Shown: in pieces, positions 19,901-27,912 of the stretch
Numbering within the stretch: the stretch's first letter is position 1
Layout of the letters: the number at the start of each line of letters is the position of its first letter
Virus record (IMG/VR): IMGVR_UViG_3300035670_000246
Coordinates: 1-58,050 of that record
Reading direction: 5' to 3' (one strand)
Origin: a virus
Lineage: Duplodnaviria > Caudoviricetes
DNA length: 58,050 bases
Translations under genes and position numbers: made by a program
Notes under the pieces: generated by a model
Database searches by the model: none
Told to the model about the DNA's origin: nothing
What the model saw: only the letters and a program-made list of their open reading frames with translations

Positions 19901-22900
19901 ACGGCCTCAAAGTCGGCGGCGAGGGCATGAAGGGCTTTTACGACACCATCCTGCCGAAGGAAATCGGCAAGTATGTGAAACAGTGGGGAGCTGGCGTGGT
20001 GAAGGGGGAAGCAGTGACTCGAAAGGAATCGTTTGAAGAGTCTCCTATTTCTTTTGATGATTCCCCTGTTCTTGTGCGCCAACAAACCACCCCCATCTGG
20101 CGCGTGGACATCACGCCGTCGATGCGCGAGTCGATCCAGAAGGAGGGCCAGCCTAAATTCAGCCTCCGTCCTGACGCCGCACGACGCCTCAACCGTGCCG
20201 TCTGGGAGGCTCAGGAAGCCTCCGGCCCGATCAAGGATTCCGAGCAGACGCCACTCAAGGACTACCCGGTGCATTCGTTCGCGCAACAGTCCGGTAAGAG
20301 CCGCACGGACGTGGCCATTCAGGTCGTGGACGAGCTGCTCAAGTCTGGTGTGCCCGTCAACGGACTTGTCGATGCCATCAACAGCTACGAGCTGCACCGC
20401 CAGCTTGGCATCGAGCGCGATCCTGACATGCTCGGCATCTTGCTGGCCGAGGCCATGCTCCGGGGCGACCCCAACGCGTTCAAGGCGCATCAAGATATTC
20501 GTTCCCGCATTGGACGTGCTCAAGGGACTGGAGCCATCCTGCACAAGGACCCGAGGTACCAACACCTGTTCTTGCTCGAAGGCATGAAGGACGAGCAAAT
20601 GCAGCAGGCCCGCGACATCCTCAACGCCAACGCGCCGATGAACGCGGACGAGGTGAGCCGGTTGGACGCGGAGGCGGGGCGGACGGCTGCGGCAGAGGAT
20701 GCCGGGGCAGTCCAAGATGCCCTGGAAGAAGACCTTCTGGAGATCGGTGAGAAAGGACTTTCTCCCAAAGAGCGCACGCTGTGGGAGAAGGCAAAGTATC
20801 TTGTTGCCCGTATCGGTTACCTCCTAAAACTCGGATCAGGAGATGCCAAGCCATCACTACGTTTTGAGTTTCCTGACTCCGAGAAGCAGGCCCTCTCAAA
20901 ACTCTCGGCGGACGAGAGGCAGAAAGAGTTGCAGAGGACGCGTGCAGAACTTCGCGCCACTTTGGGCGAATTGCTCGGGCAGCGCAAGCCACGTAAAGTG
21001 GCTGGCGGTGTCGAGACCATCGAAGGTGACCTTACCACCCGTGCGGTTGCTGACATGGTCCAACGCATGCAGGAACGCCTCAACATCCCGGTGGACACTG
21101 CCACGGCGATTGACGCCTTGACGACCACAGGAAACCTCAAAGGTCAGTTTGAAAACTTCATCTCCGACTCGCTGATCTCAAAAGTGAAGTCGGCCATGAC
21201 GCCGAAGCAGGCCCCGGTCAAAAACCTGAACAGCGTCATCAGGCAGATCACCAGCATCCTTGCGGACAACCTCAACTTGCCAAAGGCGCAGACGGCCAAA
21301 GAGTCTTTGGGGGAACGTGCTCTTGACACCTTCGGACGTGTCCGGTCCAATGAACAGATGATCCGGGAAGCGTGGGAACGTTCCCGTGAAGGCATCCGGC
21401 AGTATCTTGCCGAACGCGCCGTCGAGGGCAAGGAAGGTCTGACCGAGGAAGAGGCCGCAGAGATTGAAGAGGCGGTTGATGCACAGCTTGACGCCATCGC
21501 GTCCTCGGTGCCAGCTCGCATGTGGGCGCGTGGCCAGGCTTACAGCCTGATCCGGGACGCTCTGGAAGGCTCCAAATTTGGCACCAACGAGGACATCTTG
21601 CGTGACCCGCAAGCTGCTTTGAAAACAGTCCAGGACCTCCTCAACTCCGAGGTGGGCAAGATCGGCAACGTGGACCCGGCACGCTGGGACAGTGACCAAG
21701 CCTACATTGTGGCGGCGTTCAATTCGTTGGTGGCCGATCTCAAGGAGCGCAAGGCCAAAGCGGAGGCACGTCGGGCAGGCAAGACCCGCTCAGGGTTGAT
21801 GACTGGATCGGATAAAAAGACTCTGACATCGCTTATCGAGCAGGCTCGCAAACGCTCTGGGGACAAGGCTCCGCTCCTGCCTGACAGCGCCACCTGGACG
21901 AAGATTTTCAGCGGGTCGCCGCAGTCGCAGGAGGCGAAGGCGAGAGAGATGCTGGACTACATGAAGGCGGACCCGCTGCTCGCGAATCTCACGGCTGCCG
22001 AGCAACAGCAGCTTGCGGACATGTTCGCACGTCGCTGGGAGAAGAAGCGCAAAGAACTCCTGGAGGCCAAAGTCGCTTCCATCCTCAAAGCGCGAAACGC
22101 CACCCCCAAAGGCAAGAACGCCGCCAAGGACGCGGTGCCGAAGTTCATCCAGGCGATCAACCGTGGTGAGCTGACCAACGATGTCATTGCCGAGGAGATC
22201 GCAGAAAAGTTTGGTTTCGAGAAACTCACCGAGGGCGAGAAGAAAACGCTCGAACGGTTGTCCCGGGAACTCCAGGAACCCAACCTTCCGCAGCACGAGA
22301 AAACCGCCAAGATCGACGAGATGGCGAAGATCATCGCGAAGAAGACCCGCATGTCGATGGCTGAGATTTTGTCAGCGTGGTGGGTGACCTCCGTGCTCTC
22401 CGGGCCGCGCACAGCCTTCACCATCGGGCTTGCCGCCTCCAACGGTGCCTTCGAGGTGCTGGGGCACGCGGTGTCCACGGTGCTCAACGCCAACTGGAAC
22501 GGTCGTCGTGCGGAGGGTCTCGCCGCCACAGGTCAGGCGCTCACCAACTACTTCAAGTCGTGGCCGCGTGCCATCCAGCTCGCGTGGCAGTACGTCCTGA
22601 CAGGTGACAAGAAATTGCTCTCCGCAATGGACCCGGCCTACTCGCAGTTCTTTGAGACAGGTCGCAACAACCCGCTGTCGGTGGGATGGAGACTGTCGCA
22701 GTCCAAAAACCCCGTGGCTCGTGCCACCGGCCGGTTCATGCATTTCTTCGAGAAATTGCTCTCCGCGCTCGACTTGTTCACGGCGACCACCACGCGTCAC
22801 GGCATGCTTCCGATCTCCTACTACCTGAACCAGAAGGTGTACGACAAGGCACGTGCCGCGAGTGAGACCGATCTGGCAAACTACCGGAAGAAGGTGATCG

Positions 22901-24312
22901 ACTTGTGGTGGGGAGGCAAAGAGCCGACGACCGGAGCCGAGCAGGCCTTGGTGACACGCCAGTCTATCAACATGATGGAGGAGCAGCTCGCCAAGTACGC
23001 CAACGTTCTTGAAGACGCCGGGTTCGCTGCCGCACAGGCTGCCATGACACTGACGCCGGAAGGCCTTGGGGGTCAGTTCTATCAGGCGGTGCGCAGCGTC
23101 GCCAACAAGGCGGAAAGGTCAGCAGAGAAGGCGGTTCGTGAAGCTGAAAGGCTGGACGGCAAGGACCACGGCCCCATTGAACGCAACACGCGCAAGGCAC
23201 TGGCCTATCTGTACCGTTTCCTCGCCTACCAGATGCTCAACGTCGCAGGTCTGCGCTTCGCCCGGTTCGCGGGCAACAAACTCAACCAGTCCCTCGGGTT
23301 CATTCCAGGCCTCGGACTGTTGCGCAAGTTCGAGAAAGACTACGCGGGTCCGATGAAGAACCAGGCGATCATGCGCAACCAAGCCATCGGAGCCATGATG
23401 GCGATGGTCGGATACAACGTCCTCAAGGCCATCGGCGATGAACCTGACGACGACAAGCGTGGCTGGGGCATCGAAGGCTCATGGAAGAACCTCACGCCAG
23501 ACCAGATCAAGCAGCTTCAGGCCGCAGGTCGCAAGCAGTACACCATCCACATCGGCGAACAGTCCTACAACTATGCCAACTGGCCGGTGTCCTCGGTGCT
23601 CGCCGCCATCGGCACCATGGCTGACCGCATCAAATACTCCCCGGACAAGTGGAAGGAAACCTCGACCCTCGACAAGATCGCAACGGGCGCGTGGGCGGCT
23701 TCCACAGCCACCATGGACGCCTCCTCGCTGTCACAACTGGCGGAGGTGTTCGGCAGCAACATTCACACCCGTGACCCGGTCGAGGCCAGCGCAAAATGGG
23801 CGTCCCGGGTGTTCGGCAACTACGCTGGCGGCATGATCCCACGCGTCTTCAAGGACGCCGACATGATCCTGGACGGCAAGATGGGCAAGTACGACGGCTG
23901 GGAAAACTTCGGGAAGGAGATTCCCGTCTATCGTCGCTACGTCGGTGGTCCGTTGCTCGACATCTTCGGCAAACAGGTCGAAGTGTCACGCACCCCGTGG
24001 AGCCGTGAGTTTCAGGTGCAGCCGCCCGAGCGTGAATATCGCCTGCTGGGCCAGCTCAACAGCAACGACTTGTGGCTGACACCCGCCAATCCAGGCGGAC
24101 GCCGCGTAGGCCGTGGCAAACGGTCCCGCGAGATGACCGACGCCGAGCAGAAGCGTTACGTGACCCTCGTGGGCGACGGCTACCGTAAAGTTGTGTTGAA
24201 GTTTGGCGACCGTCTCGCCAAGATGGACCGCGAAGGGGCCAAAGATTTACTCGGCAAGCTGACCGCGCAGGTCCGTGACCGTGCCGAACGACAAGCCGTG
24301 ACACAACAATGA
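13954..24312 (+). CDS. Large polyvalent (ejected) protein with ART-PolyVal-like and metallopeptidase-like domains
   Basis: 3452 aa; VYH..GFHMGT..QIKSADPVTYDDAGNVIPLSQRF; THEGLVH..MEEILA; FYSKL..GIKAEELKW..FIEEIQSD..GMKGFYD segments. Confidence 0.8.
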   Translation: MSPWEDIEADPEFGTLTPQEKVSLFDDWHKNTVNSFAEIDPEEVDLQGLKGFMASGQVKRRELLGEPVDPDQITQQYLTGLTERNKSQKQMLADYDALEKARFNLQDATLQKGVTSAGDRGMIISPKVQEILGKPKQQAEKEFEIARSKFTPELEQQAREAREAMRGERPVAVLGSDIYTDPSLTLDKEEYRRAVNGTSASPEAKMLALADFSSRRDEFAKNALRAFRVAGEAPIPGMESFASWEAKQPEETRVKSPESKALEYLRQMRGREGYRKLISAIGTGAVQGGADVASQAVGTAAMITGDRGLAQKAGEVQKGAEALSEVQKLEGDMSATGATTAGGVARLGVGMAPAIGAGLLTGGSLPAAALAAGAQTAGAQFPSTYNAMLEQGKSEEEALRASRGAALMSGAVTSALTALGGTSGVEALIRRSGEGFARGRVASILLGSIKEIPEELADEAASQVIESSLTNPDKPVSQVVDEFLGQAPDLALQVGLLGGAGEAFSSGGKTPPTSQPTEETEEPVVLGRTVQQVLDEADAVSARAVVQAEEAGSPLLAQAIAEQTAATVPEAQAETAEPSGQTEPEVAAEILPEKSPAVNAVTTEEQETLPLLPQEEGQAGESRTPAEGSIPAVTAEKMPDTSEVSSVAPSAGVERNRALIAQAATTNAGRAQVSANEYIQKAAAAPQPNLPPITTQGGEVEVQAAPERTVEQNPIAAMAAQAAAKARGEVKEVSAPLARMLQPSPPSPSAPSGLGAGAATTPQGAIESPTAPATAEDIADRINASSLSPATTYPSLVQDIKSLTEGRPARLQEVADALFEQPMQRPTAEKIARRLLDENAAEREVTASRDRRVAREMIGEEENQRGGEAPVSDDKAPLEKGEFVAWQDENGAMQEGVLTKISAGRNNLGEPMSEVTLETSEVVQVPRRELRPMASMRPDARDAEYLAAVEAGDMAKAQRMVDEAAKAAGYNVGPVYHHGGFDIQENAVPDTSRGFHMGTRQAAEERAFGKPVDDFIAEAEVTYDEGLGAWFWSSQGVDSYDVVDEDGFSSEERARRSLEEYASQEDFSGSDIEDLGKLTAAYLRVSNPLVVADQKADWDGVIKRAVSGGYDTVQYRNDFEDKGSTSYIALQEGQIKSADPVTYDDAGNVIPLSQRFQTTSPDIRFSKKPTNPVRDARAAAIKSLRGHLGEEVSVGVSAVDGINAMTSLQGAVPGVQKAWIGTREDFLADESLGRAFPGIRRELESPRGDQLEGLFDGGRAFVFINNVGVYEGDVRVAKEQSELTGEEVTPQQAAVQRVITHEGLVHRGFYALDKDTRRALFQWGAQNIYEAEMDAMAEEYGYADDWRTNERSREWIMEEILAKKIERLKAPPKSGPLKALWDILVSLWRKLTGSVQEVTLKDIQDVAKVLRTALELSENNVETRNGMPIRVEVAKGSLRPRFTSPLDATLSDTAKALRLMRDGPPATPVDLQQAYATAVRGKSSAMVSLDDLFAAAKASAPSLTEAEFGQQVQNLYNDNGAYVESAESPAVMKQSADRYNVRSSQGIPASYVMILETGRPMASMRPETPFYSKLSRVVSDKMPNRADVATIKGIITNPQTGIKAEELKWSGIVPWLDAQEGMVTKQAVLDYLASDGAVRLEEVRMGGQDRTIKPGAVFGDYRVIDDAGDLALERVDDGSFVRSGTAEQLADYLEIGTGESGAGTKYAQYQLPGSENYREVVLAMPVERRSMTEAAAVYYNTFVRRGGEPQWAELPESRRLQIITETPAEAFNEPPEYTSSHFPDVPNYVAHMRLNDRTDAEGQPGTFIEEIQSDRHQQGREKGYQGQRDRSLSVKWDANLQTWKVLNEEGRMVGGFQTEEAAKAAANKFASGIPDAPFRTTWPLQMFKRALADAVAAGKQWIGWTTGETQAERYDLSRQVDKIEVYPLEKSPGMVAITAYKDGRQAIRQDVARGSMADLIGKEAAQKAEQQIQQNNFATLEGDGLKVGGEGMKGFYDTILPKEIGKYVKQWGAGVVKGEAVTRKESFEESPISFDDSPVLVRQQTTPIWRVDITPSMRESIQKEGQPKFSLRPDAARRLNRAVWEAQEASGPIKDSEQTPLKDYPVHSFAQQSGKSRTDVAIQVVDELLKSGVPVNGLVDAINSYELHRQLGIERDPDMLGILLAEAMLRGDPNAFKAHQDIRSRIGRAQGTGAILHKDPRYQHLFLLEGMKDEQMQQARDILNANAPMNADEVSRLDAEAGRTAAAEDAGAVQDALEEDLLEIGEKGLSPKERTLWEKAKYLVARIGYLLKLGSGDAKPSLRFEFPDSEKQALSKLSADERQKELQRTRAELRATLGELLGQRKPRKVAGGVETIEGDLTTRAVADMVQRMQERLNIPVDTATAIDALTTTGNLKGQFENFISDSLISKVKSAMTPKQAPVKNLNSVIRQITSILADNLNLPKAQTAKESLGERALDTFGRVRSNEQMIREAWERSREGIRQYLAERAVEGKEGLTEEEAAEIEEAVDAQLDAIASSVPARMWARGQAYSLIRDALEGSKFGTNEDILRDPQAALKTVQDLLNSEVGKIGNVDPARWDSDQAYIVAAFNSLVADLKERKAKAEARRAGKTRSGLMTGSDKKTLTSLIEQARKRSGDKAPLLPDSATWTKIFSGSPQSQEAKAREMLDYMKADPLLANLTAAEQQQLADMFARRWEKKRKELLEAKVASILKARNATPKGKNAAKDAVPKFIQAINRGELTNDVIAEEIAEKFGFEKLTEGEKKTLERLSRELQEPNLPQHEKTAKIDEMAKIIAKKTRMSMAEILSAWWVTSVLSGPRTAFTIGLAASNGAFEVLGHAVSTVLNANWNGRRAEGLAATGQALTNYFKSWPRAIQLAWQYVLTGDKKLLSAMDPAYSQFFETGRNNPLSVGWRLSQSKNPVARATGRFMHFFEKLLSALDLFTATTTRHGMLPISYYLNQKVYDKARAASETDLANYRKKVIDLWWGGKEPTTGAEQALVTRQSINMMEEQLAKYANVLEDAGFAAAQAAMTLTPEGLGGQFYQAVRSVANKAERSAEKAVREAERLDGKDHGPIERNTRKALAYLYRFLAYQMLNVAGLRFARFAGNKLNQSLGFIPGLGLLRKFEKDYAGPMKNQAIMRNQAIGAMMAMVGYNVLKAIGDEPDDDKRGWGIEGSWKNLTPDQIKQLQAAGRKQYTIHIGEQSYNYANWPVSSVLAAIGTMADRIKYSPDKWKETSTLDKIATGAWAASTATMDASSLSQLAEVFGSNIHTRDPVEASAKWASRVFGNYAGGMIPRVFKDADMILDGKMGKYDGWENFGKEIPVYRRYVGGPLLDIFGKQVEVSRTPWSREFQVQPPEREYRLLGQLNSNDLWLTPANPGGRRVGRGKRSREMTDAEQKRYVTLVGDGYRKVVLKFGDRLAKMDREGAKDLLGKLTAQVRDRAERQAVTQQ

Positions 24313-24875
24313 AACGACCACGCTATGAGAACGTGATGCCTCGCGGGGGCTGGAAATACACGGACCCGCTGACAGGTGTACGCATTGAGGACAATCATCT
24401 TGGGGCCGTGCTGGAGCGCGTGCGCCGTGCCTGGGCAGCCAACGAAGTCGAGCCGCCTCCGTCGTGGGAGGAAGAGATCATGGACTCCATGTGCCAGCAG
24501 AACCCTGACTTGGACTGTTTCGAGGTGGGCGAGGTCGAGCGCACGATCACCATGGACGACATCTGGCGCTTTGCCAAGACCGCACAGAAATGGCTCGAAG
24601 GTGGCGGCAAGTGGGTGGACGCTGAAGAGTCAGACCGTCGTGCGGCCATCTGTGCGCAGTGTCCCATGAACGTCGTGGTTCACGGATGCTGGGGGTGCCG
24701 TGGTGCGATCAAATGGCTGGCCGAGAGAGCCGGGATGCCGCCAGCCACTCAAAGTGAGGACAAGCTACAAAGCTGCAAGGTGTGCGGATGCTACAACAAG
24801 GTGGCGGTCCACATGCCTCTCGACGCAATGGATGTCACGGGTCTGGAGTTTCCAGAGGGGTGCTGGAAGAAGTAG
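24309..24875 (+). CDS. Cys-rich putative Zn-binding protein
   Basis: RAAICAQCP, CWGC, CKVCGC, CW motifs. Confidence 0.7.
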   Translation: MKRPRYENVMPRGGWKYTDPLTGVRIEDNHLGAVLERVRRAWAANEVEPPPSWEEEIMDSMCQQNPDLDCFEVGEVERTITMDDIWRFAKTAQKWLEGGGKWVDAEESDRRAAICAQCPMNVVVHGCWGCRGAIKWLAERAGMPPATQSEDKLQSCKVCGCYNKVAVHMPLDAMDVTGLEFPEGCWKK

Positions 24876-24955
24876 GAAAGGCCGGAATTGCACCGGCTAC
24901 TTGGCACCACTCGTAACTGACCTTGCCACAGGTATGTTTACGTTGAGGTTGCGTG

Positions 24956-25114
24956 TCACTGTCCACGCCGCTTTCCTGTTTTCTTCTTTGGTTTCTTGCC
25001 GGTCTTCAGGGACATCCCGGTGATGCTCTGCGCGATGCGTGCCGCCGAGGCTTTGTTTTTGCCTTGGCGGAGCATCTCCTGATACACGTTATCGACTTCG
25101 GTTCCTTTGGGCAT
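24956..25114 (-). CDS. Small basic protein (52 aa)
   Basis: MPKGTEVDNVYQEMLRQGKNKASAARIAQS...KKPKKK; ATG at 25114. Confidence 0.6.
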   Translation of the reverse strand: MPKGTEVDNVYQEMLRQGKNKASAARIAQSITGMSLKTGKKPKKKTGKRRGQ

Positions 25115-25127
25115 ATGGTTGGGAGGG

Positions 25128-26372
25128 TTAGATGTCCACGTCGTCTGCGGCGGCATCGGCGGCATCCGCAGGAACTTCGACCGTCTCAGGCTCAGGTTCT
25201 CCGACGCTGTCACCACGGCTGATCCAGCCCGGGGTGGACACCTTGAAGCCGAAGCCAAGGACTTCCTCTTTCAGTTTGGCAAGCTGGTTCGGGCCACGCA
25301 CGCCGATGTCTTTGGCGAGTTCGTTCATGCGGTAGGAACCGACCCGCAGCTTGCGCTCGATCATGTCCACGAGGAAAGGTTTTTCCTGCGGTGGTTGAGG
25401 CTTGGGTGGGATGACTTCGGTCTGGACAACAGGCGGTTCGGACTCAGGTGCCGGGGCAACGGTTTCCACGGGTTCGAGGGGCTCAGGTGCCGGGGCTGAC
25501 TCAATCACGGGTTCGAGGGGCTCAGGTGCCGGGGCTGACTCAATCACGGGTTCCGGTGTCTTCTCAACGACCTGCGTTTTCGCCACGGCCTTCACTTCCC
25601 CCATCACGATCTGGCGCAGGGAGTCGTCCTTGCACCCGTGGACAAGCACGGCAGTGGCAGGCACGAGTCCACCACGACAGCGCACCAGTTTGTCAGTGGG
25701 CCGCGCCGAGCACTTGATCCCTTCCGGGGTGGCTTCGTAACAGCCAGTATTCCACATGTCGGCGATCAGGTTGCTGTTGGCCCAGCCAAGGGTTTTGACA
25801 CCGCCACGGATGTAAGTATCGAAGTTCTCCTTCGGGTTGCTGTGAGGCGGCATGCCGAGGTCCTGGATCAACGGACGGATGGCTTCATCCGTGTGCATGG
25901 TCGGCGGGTACACGCCCACGGCCATCATGTATTCCTCCCCGGCCCGGTATTCGAGCTTGCCGTTCACGATGAAAGGCAGCGGCACGATGTTGCCGTAGCA
26001 GAGACGCCCCTTGGCAAAGTAGTCGTGCTGGATCAGGTTGAGCCAGTCAGGCTTGATCGGCAGTGAGTCCAGTTCCAGCCACAAGAACGGTTCCTTGTTC
26101 TGTAAACGTCCAAGGTTGAACACCGCGCCGAAGAACAGGATGCCGCCGTCCATGGGCATGCCGAACTCAGGTTCGTAGAGCGCCTGGGCCACCGTGACCT
26201 CGCGCATGTGCGGCTTCAGCCGTGCAGACTGCTCGGTGACCTCGACGATGGTGGCCGGGGTGGCGAAGAAGAAGGCCGAGTGATCGGTCAACCCGCCAAA
26301 GTGGATCAGGGTGTCGATGAAGGACGGCAGGCGGGACACGTCGTGTCGGGAGACGGGGATGGTGAGTTTCAT
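25128..26372 (-). CDS. Glycosyltransferase-like protein with Pro/Glu linker and possible C-terminal HTH
   Basis: FLWLELDS DxD-like motif, VLVHGCKD; RMNELAKDIGV C-terminal segment. Confidence 0.55.
   Translation of the reverse strand: MKLTIPVSRHDVSRLPSFIDTLIHFGGLTDHSAFFFATPATIVEVTEQSARLKPHMREVTVAQALYEPEFGMPMDGGILFFGAVFNLGRLQNKEPFLWLELDSLPIKPDWLNLIQHDYFAKGRLCYGNIVPLPFIVNGKLEYRAGEEYMMAVGVYPPTMHTDEAIRPLIQDLGMPPHSNPKENFDTYIRGGVKTLGWANSNLIADMWNTGCYEATPEGIKCSARPTDKLVRCRGGLVPATAVLVHGCKDDSLRQIVMGEVKAVAKTQVVEKTPEPVIESAPAPEPLEPVIESAPAPEPLEPVETVAPAPESEPPVVQTEVIPPKPQPPQEKPFLVDMIERKLRVGSYRMNELAKDIGVRGPNQLAKLKEEVLGFGFKVSTPGWISRGDSVGEPEPETVEVPADAADAAADDVDI
25467..25553. repeat. 39-bp coding tandem repeat (2 copies + partial)
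   Basis: CACGGGTTCGAGGGGCTCAGGTGCCGGGGCTGACTCAAT x2; encodes EPVIESAPAPEPL. Confidence 0.9.
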
Positions 26373-26381
26373 GTGGAGATT

Positions 26382-27401
26382 TCAGAATCCAGCGGATTGC
26401 ATGGCAAGTCTATACCTTGACGCCCCGGTGTCAACATTTTGGAAGAACTCCGGGGTGCGGTCGGCGTTGAATTGAAGGATTGCCACGCGGGCGTGTTCGT
26501 GTGTCTCGAAGGTTTCTCGCTGGTTTCGCCACAGCATGGTGACCGCCGCGTCGATGTGCTGTTGCGACGGCATGCCGGGATACTGCCAGCCTCCGGGAGG
26601 CATGGTGGACGGGTTGATCTGGGACACGTTGGTGACAAACTTCATCTTGCGAGTTCCCGAGCCGTCGATGTCAGGCAGTTCGCAATCTCCTTTGGCGCAG
26701 AAGATACCGTTCTCACGGCCGAAGATGCAGTCTGGTATGTTGAGGTCAGTCTCCTGGATCGAGCGGTGCTTGAGGCCCTCGTTGACCGCGTTGGCGCAGG
26801 ACTGGTTGCCGATGAAGAGTTCGCTGCCAGCGATCAACTCAGCCACTTCCAGCATGTTGCTGGTAGGGTGGAAATCGACGTAGCCAAAGGTCCCGACGAA
26901 CTCACGCCACTCGTGATGCAGCCCGACGAACAGCAATCTGTGACGGTAGTGATCGACCACGTCACTCCACATGAAGAACGGGTTCCGATAGCGGTTGGTG
27001 CGGTTGATGACGATGCGTCCCTTGGATCGTGGGGAAGGATCGACGTTGAAGAGCCACGGGTCTCTGCTGGTGAAGTCTTTGCCGATGCCGTGAATCTTGA
27101 TCAAGTTGTTCAGGTGGGCCTGCATCAACGTCTCACCCGGGGTGTAAAACTTCTCGCGGAATTTCTCGCTGGCCCAGTCAACCTTGTCCTCCGGCCCGAT
27201 GATTTTGACCTCAGCAATGTATGGCTGCTTCAGTGCCAGCGGGGCGATCAGATCATGCAACTTTTGCAGGTCGGCGGGGGTGCGATATTTCGTGCCGCCA
27301 CCGGGACGCAGGCAGAGCGTGTGAGGGCCATTCGGGATTTGGCGGATCAGGTTGAGGAGGTACAGGGCATCCCCGCAGTCGCCTTGGGTGGAGATCAGCA
27401 T
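26382..27401 (-). CDS. Glycosyltransferase (GT-B, GT9-like)
   Basis: N-terminal GDCGD; MLEVAELIAGSELFIGNQS motif. Confidence 0.7.
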   Translation of the reverse strand: MLISTQGDCGDALYLLNLIRQIPNGPHTLCLRPGGGTKYRTPADLQKLHDLIAPLALKQPYIAEVKIIGPEDKVDWASEKFREKFYTPGETLMQAHLNNLIKIHGIGKDFTSRDPWLFNVDPSPRSKGRIVINRTNRYRNPFFMWSDVVDHYRHRLLFVGLHHEWREFVGTFGYVDFHPTSNMLEVAELIAGSELFIGNQSCANAVNEGLKHRSIQETDLNIPDCIFGRENGIFCAKGDCELPDIDGSGTRKMKFVTNVSQINPSTMPPGGWQYPGMPSQQHIDAAVTMLWRNQRETFETHEHARVAILQFNADRTPEFFQNVDTGASRYRLAMQSAGF

Positions 27402-27484
27402 TTTAGTTTGTCCTCCGCGCTGGGTGTGATAAATCAAGCGCAAACCTGAGCACGCTTGCTACCGATTTACGCAAACGACGCCGC

Positions 27485-27617
27485 AGCGAACAAATCGCGG
27501 CAGGATCAACCGCCTTGGCGGTCTGGACTTCGGCGGCTTCTGTCTTCGATGGAGGCGGCATGGTTGACGTGGGGTAATTGTGGTTATTCGGCGGTGCCTG
27601 CGCTTGGGTCGTTCGGC
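27485..27617 (+). repeat. attC-like site
   Basis: AGCGAAC AAATC GCGGCAGGATCAACCGCC ... GGCGGTGCCTGCGC TTGGGTC GTTCGGC. Confidence 0.75.
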
Positions 27618-27829
27618 GTAGCTCGACATGCCTTCCACGAATCCCACCACCAAAAGAGCGGGTCGATCAGCCTGTGAATTGGATCAGTTGAATCATCCAC
27701 GCAGAGCGCAGCCGGACTCACAAACAGCAGCACGATCAGGTATGGAGGTCCTGCGATGAGAAGCAGCGCAAGCAGCCCAACACGCCGAACAAAACGGATG
27801 CAGGCGACGGCTCGAAAAGGATTTGTCAT
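27584..27829 (-). CDS. Cassette-borne small membrane protein
   Basis: Hydrophobic stretch; starts and stops inside flanking attC-like sites; cassette spans 27612-27871. Confidence 0.6.
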   Translation of the reverse strand: MTNPFRAVACIRFVRRVGLLALLLIAGPPYLIVLLFVSPAALCVDDSTDPIHRLIDPLFWWWDSWKACRATPNDPSAGTAE

Positions 27830-27877
27830 GGTGTCGAAAGTTTGTTGCTCGCCGTCGCCTGATCCGAGTCGTTCGGT
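27784..27877 (+). repeat. attC-like site (most canonical example)
   Basis: GCCGAAC AAAA CGGATGCAGGCGACGGC ... GCCGTCGCCTGATCCG AGTC GTTCGGT; single extrahelical G. Confidence 0.85.
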
Positions 27878-27912
27878 GTGCCATATAGTGAATCGCCAAA
27901 CGTGGAAGCACG

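Noticed and set aside
26819-26827. GTTCGCTGC matching the R'' of attC 27485 as a cassette start
   Set aside because: It lies within the conserved GSELFIGN motif in the middle of the GT9-like gene; treated as chance, though not excluded
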